From assembly GCA_029287555.1 (NCBI GenBank), contig JARFQX010000458.1:1-13345 (forward strand): a stretch of DNA of 13,345 nucleotides. The letters are read 5' to 3'. This DNA is from Rubripirellula sp. Its GTDB lineage: Bacteria; Planctomycetota; Planctomycetia; Pirellulales; Pirellulaceae. Of this stretch, positions 1-6,605 are shown in pieces. The notes below the pieces were generated by a model that saw only the letters and a list, made by a program, of their open reading frames with translations, ran no database searches and was not told the DNA's origin. Made by a program: the position numbers and the translations under genes. The first letter of the stretch is position 1. Each line of letters opens with the position of its first letter.

Positions 1-144
1 CGCCGACAGCGCCGGAAAACGTCGCTCTAAAGAGTCGATATAGAACGTCGGTGTACATGTGATCTTGTTGTGATAGGTAAGCGTTCCCACAAGGTTAACA
101 AGATCCTGCTGCCAATCGCGGGACGAGTGGAAGAAGCTGGACAT
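1..144 (-). CDS. possible 5' end of a hypothetical protein running off the left edge (partial)
   Basis: Hand translation of the minus strand from ATG (complement of cat at 142-144) gives MSSFFHSSRDWQQDLVNLVGTLTYHNKITCTPTFYIDSLERRFPALSA with no stop before position 1. Composition is protein-like and third-position G+C is higher than in the same frame upstream (145-420), which translates as Ser/Pro/Arg-rich junk. No recognisable motif. A plus-strand gene ending at the TAA at 28-30 cannot be excluded. Confidence 0.25.
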   Translation of the reverse strand, partial: MSSFFHSSRDWQQDLVNLVGTLTYHNKITCTPTFYIDSLERRFPALSA

Positions 145-497
145 AGAGATCTGCTTGATGATCGATAGCGATGCGTGAACGGAAAGATCTGAATAAGGCA
201 CTGGGTCTCTTATGGTCGGACGCGCCCCATGAGATTCGCTGCGAGATTCCGCGCCGAGTGACAACGTTAACCATGGCGGCGGGAGTTGTGCTGCTGGGCT
301 TTGCGATATTGAATGGTTCTGCAATCGCGATAAGCCCGAACTCGAGTGGATTGCGACGAAGCTCAACCGGGCACTTGGGCTCGATACGCAGGGAGATGCT
401 CGATCGTGATCGGGATGCGATAGCGTTTGTTCCAAGAGTAGCGACGAATGTCCGAGAGGGGATCGGGTGAGTTTTCGAGCCCTCCCGCGGTTGCCGC

Positions 498-1376
498 TCA
501 GGCGGAACAACGGGTTCCCGGGCCTACTGCCGGGAAGGGACCGCATGGGATTTCGTGAGCCATCACCTCGCGCGCGGCGACGGGTAGTTGCGGCGCCTGC
601 GAGATGGGCAAGATCGCGTCGTTACCGTGAACGTAATAGGATTCCAGCCGCATTGCCCCGTCATGGTACTCCACCAGCGCCGTGCAGTTTTCGACCCAGT
701 CGCCCGTATTGCAATAAATCATCTCATCCTGATGAAAGAGGTCTGGTGTGTGGATGTGGCCGCAGATGACCCCGCGGCATCCCTGCCGCCGGGCATGTTC
801 GAGTAGCTGCCGCTGAAAATCACTCAGAAAACGGATGAACCTCTTGACGCTACCCTTGATCGAGGCGCAGGTCGCGTAGGGACTGCGTCGAGGGTCTCGC
901 CGCAATCGGCTACAGTACCAATCGAGCGATAACATTGGATCGTAAATGTAGGAGCTTGCGTGGGACAGCCACTGGGCTCGCGTTTCAAACACGTCGAATT
1001 CATCGCCGTGCGTGACGAGGAATCGCCTGCCGTCCAAGGCCTCGAAGACAAATTCATCAGCGATGTGAATATTCAAAGCGGCTACTTGTAACACGCCACG
1101 GACCTCATCCATTCGCAAGAATTGATCGTGGTTGCCAGGCGTGTAGAAGACTTGCGTTCCCCGTTCGATCATTGCAAAGAGATGTCGAAGGATCTGGCTA
1201 TTGATGGCGGGCCAACGAAACGAAGACCGAAGCTTCCAACCGTCGATGAAGTCACCAAGGATGTAGATCTTGTCCGGCTCGATGCCACGAAGGAAGTCCA
1301 ACAGAAGATGGGGCTGAGCGAATCGGCAGCCCAAATGAACGTCGCTTATGAAAAGCGTGCGTGCTTTGCGTTCCAT
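498..1376 (-). CDS. LpxH-family calcineurin-like metallophosphoesterase, PlcP-like (candidate phospholipase C supplying diacylglycerol for lipid remodelling)
   Basis: ORF 498..1385. All metallophosphoesterase motifs are present in order: SDVHLG (DxH), LGDFIDGW (GDxxD), PGNHD (GNHD), THGDEFD (H), CGHIHTP (GHxH). GNHD rather than the GNRD of E. coli LpxH, together with the GT4 gene immediately upstream in the same operon, matches the plcP-agt arrangement. I prefer the ATG at 1376 (MERKARTLFISDVHLG) over the GTG at 1385. 292 aa. Confidence 0.8.
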   Translation of the reverse strand: MERKARTLFISDVHLGCRFAQPHLLLDFLRGIEPDKIYILGDFIDGWKLRSSFRWPAINSQILRHLFAMIERGTQVFYTPGNHDQFLRMDEVRGVLQVAALNIHIADEFVFEALDGRRFLVTHGDEFDVFETRAQWLSHASSYIYDPMLSLDWYCSRLRRDPRRSPYATCASIKGSVKRFIRFLSDFQRQLLEHARRQGCRGVICGHIHTPDLFHQDEMIYCNTGDWVENCTALVEYHDGAMRLESYYVHGNDAILPISQAPQLPVAAREVMAHEIPCGPFPAVGPGTRCSA

Positions 1377-1454
1377 CACAGTCACCCATTATCCTTCTTT
1401 CATCGGCCAACGGTCGGGTTGTTTGCTCAGCCGGTCTGAACCGGAAGCGGAGCG

Positions 1455-2726
1455 TCAGGCTTGGCTCGGCTGAGTCGCCAGCGGCGAGGATGAACTTCGC
1501 CAGCTTCGCTGCAGCCAGGAGGCGCTGCGAAAGGCGAAGACTAAGCTGGATACAGCCAGGGACGAACACCGGGACGCGACGCGACGCTGTTCACGTGCCG
1601 CATCCAATGTTTCCATTGCTTCCTGGTAGCGTCTCCGCACCTCCTCGGTGGAGGCTCGCCACCCACAGCGTTCGACGTGACTCCGCGCGCGAGAACCAAG
1701 CGACCGACGAAGTTCGACGCTACCAAGCAGCTTCGCCAGCGAGGTCTGCGCCGCGTCAACATCTCCAGGACAATAGAGCACGCCGGACTCGCCATCTTGC
1801 ATTAGCGACGGGATTCCACCGGCCGCGGGCGCCAACACCGGTAATCCTGATGCCATCGCTTCCATGACCACATTCCCCATTGTTTCGGTTTCTGATCCGT
1901 ACAAGAACAGATCCGCCGAAGCATATGCCTGCGCAAGCTCCTGTCCTCGCAGGTAGCCGGTGAACGTCGTTTTGCTGCCGGCGAAGCGGCGTTCCAGGCG
2001 GGCGCGATCGGGACCGTCACCCACGATCGCCAGCCTTGCCCCGGGAAACCGCTCGATTACCTTTGCGAGAAAGTCAACGTTCTTTTCAACTGCTAAACGC
2101 GAAACCGTCAGCAACAAGGGCGTATCCGGCTCGCCCGATGTCAGCCGATACCGCATCGACTCGGACTGGCGCTTCGGTTGGAACAGTTGTGTATCGACAG
2201 CGGGTGGCCAGGTCCGAACGCGCTCAAAGCCGCGCTGCTCCAATTCCGCTCGCAAAATGGATGAAACTGTCAGGTTCACGTCGGCACAGTTGTGGTAGCT
2301 TCGAGTCAAATGCCACAGCGGGCGCGACAGCTTGCGAAGCACGGGATACTGTTTGACGAATTCACCGTACAACGTGTGAAAGGAAAAGACTGTCGGAATC
2401 GATATTCTGTGCCGTGCCAGAACGTCATGGCAGCGAAAGCCGAAGGCGAACGGATTCAGGAAATGGATCACATCTGGCGCAAACTCCCGGATTACCTCGA
2501 TAAGTCGCTCCGACGGCACGCCAATCCGATACTCGGGATAGGCGACGCACGGGAAGCTGGGAAACGAAACCGTGCGAATGGATGGGTGTTGGCAATCCTC
2601 GGCGTGGGGGCAAAAGACAACCACCTCATCACCAGCTTCGGAAAGATGTTCCAGCAGTCGCATCGTTCGCATCACGACCCCGTCAATCTTCGGCAGAAAG
2701 ACTTCCGCGATTATCGCGACTCGCAT
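1455..2726 (-). CDS. GT4 (GT-B fold) glycosyltransferase, SqdX/Agt-like; candidate diacylglycerol glycosyltransferase
   Basis: ORF 1455..2750. The N-terminus MRVAIIAEVFLPKIDGVVMRT is the typical SqdX/SQD2-type GT4 start. An EX7E motif sits in GSETETMGNVVMEAMASGLPVL. The ATG at 2726 is preceded by AGAGGAGA with an 8-nt spacer, so I prefer it to the GTG at 2750. 423 aa, with a ~50-aa tail beyond the expected fold. Confidence 0.85.
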   Translation of the reverse strand: MRVAIIAEVFLPKIDGVVMRTMRLLEHLSEAGDEVVVFCPHAEDCQHPSIRTVSFPSFPCVAYPEYRIGVPSERLIEVIREFAPDVIHFLNPFAFGFRCHDVLARHRISIPTVFSFHTLYGEFVKQYPVLRKLSRPLWHLTRSYHNCADVNLTVSSILRAELEQRGFERVRTWPPAVDTQLFQPKRQSESMRYRLTSGEPDTPLLLTVSRLAVEKNVDFLAKVIERFPGARLAIVGDGPDRARLERRFAGSKTTFTGYLRGQELAQAYASADLFLYGSETETMGNVVMEAMASGLPVLAPAAGGIPSLMQDGESGVLYCPGDVDAAQTSLAKLLGSVELRRSLGSRARSHVERCGWRASTEEVRRRYQEAMETLDAAREQRRVASRCSSLAVSSLVFAFRSASWLQRSWRSSSSPLATQPSQA

Positions 2727-2734
2727 GACTTGAT

Positions 2735-2739
2735 CTCCT
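2735..2739 (-). promoter_or_regulatory. Shine-Dalgarno-like AGGAG for the GT4 gene
   Basis: The minus-strand sequence reads gattAGAGGAGAtcaagtcATG. The AGGAG core lies 8 nt upstream of the ATG at 2726. Confidence 0.5.
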
Positions 2740-2846
2740 CTAATCCGCACGTTGGCGCGAGTCGTTCGCCGCCCTGGGGAAGCGTTGAGCGGACGGACGT
2801 GCCATCCAGCAGCCCATCGAAGCTCTGTCAGCAGATGCCGTTTGTC

Positions 2847-3668
2847 TCATCGAGGCTTCCGGGCGACGGCGATGACGATGCTGTGGTGATCCGAGACTGG
2901 AAAAACCAGGGTGTTCAGGAATTGGCGAGTCAACCAGCCTGCCCGCTGGAGCCCCAGTTCTTCGACGAATGGCGTCAGCCAGCCGCCGTGATAGGCAAAC
3001 TCCATGAACCCGTCGAAATGCTCGAACTTGAGTTCTGGCTCGAAGGTCTCGGTTATCTCCGACTCGAATCCCCCATCCTCGAATCGGCGCTTGACTTCCT
3101 GTTCGTCTTCCGGCGTTAGTAGGTTGCCTTCCGCCGAAACGCCCCTTCGGTTGAACAGTGCCTGCAGGACACGAGACTTGGCAATTCTCTGCAGCGCCGG
3201 ATAGCCCCGGCTTGTCCCGCCAACGAACGACCAATAGCCGCCGGGCTCCAAGTGGTCCCAAATTTTGGGTGCCAAAGTCTGCATCGGAACGAATCCGGTT
3301 ACGAAATGCGTGCAGATCATACCGAACGCCTGTCCGGCGAAATGAATTTCAAAATTCGCGGCATCATCGACCGCCGTGGCGATCTCCGGGATACGCTCCC
3401 GGGCGATCTCGACCATCTGTTTAGAAATATCTAGCCCGGAGGGAACGACATCCCGATCGGTCGATTGAATCAATCGCTCTAGGAACAGCCCCGTGCCTAC
3501 ACCAAGATCCAAGACACGGAGTGGTGGCAGGCCCGCTTTGAGAAGGTCGAGATCATCGAGCTGCCGAAGCGACGCTGCGATGGTCCGCTGAATCACGTCC
3601 TGAGGATCAACGTCATAATGCTTCGCAATGACTTCATCGTATTGCCTTTGAATGACTTCCTTGTGCAT
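2847..3668 (-). CDS. class I SAM-dependent methyltransferase (substrate unknown; candidate head-group N- or O-methyltransferase)
   Basis: 273-aa ORF starting at the ATG at 3668. Motif I VLDLGVGTG (3489-3515) has the usual acidic and loop context (LRVLDLGVGTGLFLERL). Later segments fit motifs II/III (IATAVDDAANF, FGMICTHF). It is the first gene of the leftward operon. Confidence 0.85.
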   Translation of the reverse strand: MHKEVIQRQYDEVIAKHYDVDPQDVIQRTIAASLRQLDDLDLLKAGLPPLRVLDLGVGTGLFLERLIQSTDRDVVPSGLDISKQMVEIARERIPEIATAVDDAANFEIHFAGQAFGMICTHFVTGFVPMQTLAPKIWDHLEPGGYWSFVGGTSRGYPALQRIAKSRVLQALFNRRGVSAEGNLLTPEDEQEVKRRFEDGGFESEITETFEPELKFEHFDGFMEFAYHGGWLTPFVEELGLQRAGWLTRQFLNTLVFPVSDHHSIVIAVARKPR

Positions 3669-3864
3669 GTCGATCCCAGTTGTCCCATCGAGGAACGAAA
3701 GTTCTAGCGAAGCCTGAGTGATTCCGTGTCAAGTCTCGCTCGCCGGGAAGCTGGCAGCGGTTAGTCGCAAAACTCCGAGCCGCTATCAACTAATGGAATC
3801 ACCCGGTCCACTTTGCCAACGGCCGGAACGATACACACGTTATGTGAGGACTACGCGAGAGAAC

Positions 3865-3890
3865 TTGTGACGATTTGATAAATACTGACA
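3865..3890. repeat. three 10-bp-phased yTGnnA hexamers in the most AT-rich patch of the divergent control region
   Basis: TTGTGA (3865-3870), TTGATA (3875-3880) and CTGACA (3885-3890). The opposite strand reads TGTCAG-tatt-TATCAA-atcg-TCACAA. The site lies about 190-200 bp from both divergent start codons. Its function is unproven. Confidence 0.25.
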
Positions 3891-3954
3891 CGTTTTCCCG
3901 GATGTGAATTGCGAGCAAGAGGGAAGCTGATAAAGTTCTCGGCGCCGTGGACAA

Positions 3955-3980
3955 GGCAAACTTGCATTGGCAAGTTCGCC
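3955..3980. promoter_or_regulatory. 26-bp imperfect inverted repeat (candidate operator or 5'-UTR hairpin) upstream of the GMC gene
   Basis: GGCAAACTTGC-ATTG-GCAAGTTCGCC. 10 of 11 arm positions are complementary (one A/C mismatch) around a 4-nt centre. It lies ~100 bp upstream of the ATG at 4079. Confidence 0.35.
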
Positions 3981-4078
3981 TCGCCTGATCGAAAGGAATG
4001 TTATGTGTGCGAAGCGGTTTGTTGCCGCTTTGGGAATGCTGAAGGCGTCGTAACAATCGGCCAACAGGACGTGTCCCG

Positions 4079-5662
4079 ATGTCGAGTCTCTTACAACCTG
4101 GTGAGAAACGGGCGAACGATTCAAACACGCGTGGCGGCGAACCGTTCACGGCCCTCCCGCCCCCACCCGATTCCGAATGTCGCTTTGACGTGATTGTGAT
4201 TGGAAGCGGGGCTGGTGGCGCGGTGTTCGCGTGGAAGTGCGCGATGTCAGGCAAACACGTGTTATTGATCGAACGGGCCAGATCGCTTGGTTCACTTCCG
4301 CGTGACGAACTGTCCACACTCGTCGAAAAGCGTCCCTACGATAATCGCACCATCGATTTAAACGGGAAGAGCCAGCGTCTTTACATCGGCGGCACCATCG
4401 GGGGCAGCACGTCGCTCTACGGAGCGGCGTTGCTGAGACCAAGTCTCGATGACTTTCATCCGGGCCGCTACTACAGCCATCGCTTGCCCAAGTATCGATG
4501 GGACTGGCCGATCGACTACGAAGCACTGGCTTCGCATTATGACCGGGCGGAGCAACTTTTCGGTGTAACAAACCCGGCTAGCGAGGACTTTGACCCACTT
4601 CAGTCTCCCGGAACGCAGCTCAACGGCGAGCCGATTCCCCTCGCTCCGATCAATCGCCACCTGGTTGCTTCGAGTCGTTCCGCAGGATGGAAGCCGTTTC
4701 GCTTGCCGCTGGCGATCAACGGAAAGACATGTCTTCGCTGCGCCGCCTGTGCTGGCTACGTCTGCCCGAACGGTTCTCGCCGAAGCGGCGCGGATCTGTT
4801 GCGAGACGCAACCGCGGGCGATGGTTCGCTGCATCTCATCGAGGGCACCGAAACTTTGGAGTTTCGCCGGGGACTCGATGGGGCAGTCACATCGGTACTT
4901 ACACATGGCGAGAGCGATGGAGTGCGCCGGGAGTTTTATGCCAAGCGTTACGTCCTGGCCGCCGGCGCACTCGGTTCCGCCGCGGTCTTGTTGCGATCCG
5001 GGATTGGTGGTCAACACGTCGGGCGCAACTACATGTTCCACTATTCGCCCATTGCTGTCGGGCTATTTCCCTCGCCGACCGAGGCTGATCGCACCTTCGT
5101 GAAGCAGATTGGTTTCGCGGACCATTACTTCGGCACACCCGATTGCCGCGAAAAGATCGGCATCATTCAGTCGCTTCCGGCTCCGGGATTGATGATGATG
5201 CGGAAGAACGGCTCGCGTGGAGTCCCTCGAGCCATCCTCAAGGTTCTCCGCCGGCGCATGCTACCGTTGCTGGGCATCGTCGAGGACCTTCCCGATCCAC
5301 GTAATCGCATCGTCATTGACGGCAGGCGAATAGCTTTGCGTCATCGTTTCAGCGAGTTTGACCGCGCGCGCGGGCGAGCCCTTGCGAAACAAATGGTGTG
5401 TATCTTGAAGCAAGCCGGAGCCGTCCATTGCCTCGTCCGCCAGAGCACTTCCAGCGACCACGTCGCTCACCAATGCGGATCCCTTCCCATGGCCGCGAAG
5501 CGAGAACACGGTGTCGTTAGCCGCGATTGCCGCGTCTATGGGGCGCCAAATCTGTTTGTCGTCGACGGCAGTGTTCTACCCATGTCACTTGGGGTCGGCC
5601 CCGCGCTGACAATCATGGCCAATAGCTTGCGAGTCGCCGATCAGGTTGTCTCGGAATGTTGA
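4079..5662 (+). CDS. GMC-family FAD-dependent oxidoreductase (gluconate-2-dehydrogenase flavoprotein-like subgroup)
   Basis: 527 aa. The N-terminal FAD Rossmann motif is FDVIVIGSGAGGAVFA...LLIERA. The GMC C-terminal signature is HQCGSLPM...NLFVVDGSVLPMSLGVGPALTIMANSLRVADQV. An internal Cys-rich motif CLRCAACAGYVC is present. Confidence 0.9.
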   Translation: MSSLLQPGEKRANDSNTRGGEPFTALPPPPDSECRFDVIVIGSGAGGAVFAWKCAMSGKHVLLIERARSLGSLPRDELSTLVEKRPYDNRTIDLNGKSQRLYIGGTIGGSTSLYGAALLRPSLDDFHPGRYYSHRLPKYRWDWPIDYEALASHYDRAEQLFGVTNPASEDFDPLQSPGTQLNGEPIPLAPINRHLVASSRSAGWKPFRLPLAINGKTCLRCAACAGYVCPNGSRRSGADLLRDATAGDGSLHLIEGTETLEFRRGLDGAVTSVLTHGESDGVRREFYAKRYVLAAGALGSAAVLLRSGIGGQHVGRNYMFHYSPIAVGLFPSPTEADRTFVKQIGFADHYFGTPDCREKIGIIQSLPAPGLMMMRKNGSRGVPRAILKVLRRRMLPLLGIVEDLPDPRNRIVIDGRRIALRHRFSEFDRARGRALAKQMVCILKQAGAVHCLVRQSTSSDHVAHQCGSLPMAAKREHGVVSRDCRVYGAPNLFVVDGSVLPMSLGVGPALTIMANSLRVADQVVSEC

Positions 5663-5687
5663 TTCTCCAACTTCGAAAGTCGGGTGT

Positions 5688-6605
5688 ATGGTGCGAGTCA
5701 AGATTGAAGAACTCTCGCAGGCGAAACAAATTCACGGCGGGCTGGTTCAGCTTTGCGCCGCCTCCCTTGGTGTTCGCCTCGCCCGCGTTCCGATTCCAAC
5801 GCGGCGGCTGCGACGACACGTGTTTAGCCGGATCTACGGCGATAAATATCCCGCCCTTTGCGAAGCCGATTTGGAGAAGCCGCTGCACGACTACCGCTCC
5901 ATCAACGAACTCTTCACTCGCGGGATCCGCGCGGACCGTCGCCCCATGCCCGAAGGCTCCAATCAACTAATCTGTCCCTGCGATTGCACCGTCCAGGACT
6001 CCGGTACCTTGGAACGATCGCTCGTTCTAAACGCCAAAGGAATCTCCTATTCCCTCGCGTCCCTGTTAGCGACTGACCAAGTTCAATCGTTTTCGGGCGG
6101 GCAGTACGCCGTGCTGTTTCTTTCCCCGAGTGATTGTCACCGTGTGTTTTGTCCCACCGAATCGGAACTTGTCGAGATCACGCACGTCCCCGGCCGCCGT
6201 CTGCTGGTGCACCCACCCTATCAACGGAAAGAATATCCGGTCTTCACGCTCAACGAACGTGTGGTGATGCAACTGCGCAGTCCGCGCGGATCGATCGCCT
6301 TGGTGATGATTGCGGGCTGGGGTGTAGGCAACATCACGTATCGGTTTGCCTACGGACCGCGAAAGCGCTCCTATCGGTTGTCTCGCTACGTTTGCGAGCC
6401 GTCGGAACGATTCCAGCGTGGTGACTGGCTGGCGACCTTTGAATTGGGTTCGACCGTGATTCTGGCCATCGAGCCAACGGTGTGCGACTCGCTGGGCCTC
6501 GTTCCGGGCAAGACGCTTCGCTATGGAGAGTCACTGGCCCCGCTCCGATCGTCCTCATCAAAGCCTGTGTCCACGAACACGTTGACATCGAAGGGGAAGT
6601 CATGA
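5688..6605 (+). CDS. psd: phosphatidylserine decarboxylase-family pyruvoyl proenzyme
   Basis: Collinear with E. coli Psd: YRSINELFTRGIRADRRP (cf. YRTFNEFFVRPLR..RP), ICPCDCTV (cf. PADG), FLSPSDCHRVFCP (cf. YLSPRDYHRVHMP), FTLNERVV, and the self-cleavage motif FELGSTVIL (LGST at 6444-6455). I prefer the ATG at 5688 to the TTG at 5646, which would overlap the GMC stop. 305 aa. Confidence 0.85.
   Translation: MVRVKIEELSQAKQIHGGLVQLCAASLGVRLARVPIPTRRLRRHVFSRIYGDKYPALCEADLEKPLHDYRSINELFTRGIRADRRPMPEGSNQLICPCDCTVQDSGTLERSLVLNAKGISYSLASLLATDQVQSFSGGQYAVLFLSPSDCHRVFCPTESELVEITHVPGRRLLVHPPYQRKEYPVFTLNERVVMQLRSPRGSIALVMIAGWGVGNITYRFAYGPRKRSYRLSRYVCEPSERFQRGDWLATFELGSTVILAIEPTVCDSLGLVPGKTLRYGESLAPLRSSSSKPVSTNTLTSKGKS

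Noticed and set aside
171-470. 99-aa plus-strand ORF with one hydrophobic segment
   Set aside because: I did not call it as a feature. It has only moderate third-position GC, several rare-looking codons and no motif. It shares wobble positions with an equally open antisense frame. It would start only 26 nt from the putative divergent ATG at 144. I cannot exclude it, as noted in the findings.
498-1376. Reading the metallophosphoesterase as genuine lipid A LpxH (UDP-2,3-diacylglucosamine diphosphatase)
   Set aside because: This reading is not fully excluded. However, the motif is GNHD rather than GNRD, there are no other lpx genes nearby, and the gene is co-operonic with an SqdX/Agt-like GT4. 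These points fit the PlcP-type phospholipase C reading better. Phylogeny against LpxH and PlcP would settle it.
2292-3119. 275-aa plus-strand ORF spanning the GT4/methyltransferase junction, with similar ORFs at 1960..2298, 2036..2356 and 2740..3261
   Set aside because: These lie antisense or out of frame to two genes with clear family motifs. Their translations are Arg/Ser/Pro-rich with no motifs. They are typical shadow ORFs of GC-rich coding DNA.
3701-3732. Perfect TTGACA hexamer on the minus strand (3727-3732) upstream of the methyltransferase, considered as a -35 box
   Set aside because: The best -10-like hexamer (TAGAAC, 3701-3706) is 20 nt away and the 17-nt position reads CGCTAG. Promoter consensus for this lineage is unknown, so I made no promoter call. 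The same applies to TATACT at 11878-11883 upstream of the propeller gene.
3799-4317. 172-aa minus ORF, plus ORFs at 3840..4124 (-) and 3909..4193 (+) in the divergent intergenic region
   Set aside because: They overlap each other and the GMC start and have no recognisable motifs. The region is better explained as the shared promoter/operator region, which contains the dyad and the phased hexamers.
4358-5041. 227-aa minus-strand ORF, plus ORFs at 4146..4571, 4590..5102, 4687..5088 and 4899..5138 inside the GMC gene
   Set aside because: They overlap a well-supported GMC oxidoreductase frame. Their low-complexity basic translations point to shadow ORFs.
5646-5687. Upstream-extended starts in the ORF track: TTG 5646 for psd, 6482 for the oxidase fusion, 8062 for the aminotransferase, GTG 2750 for GT4, GTG 1385 for the esterase, TTG 11978 for the propeller protein
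   Set aside because: The extensions overlap the preceding gene's coding sequence or add non-homologous residues. Downstream ATGs coincide with ATGA stop/start overlaps, an AGGAG site, or the point where family homology or the signal peptide begins.
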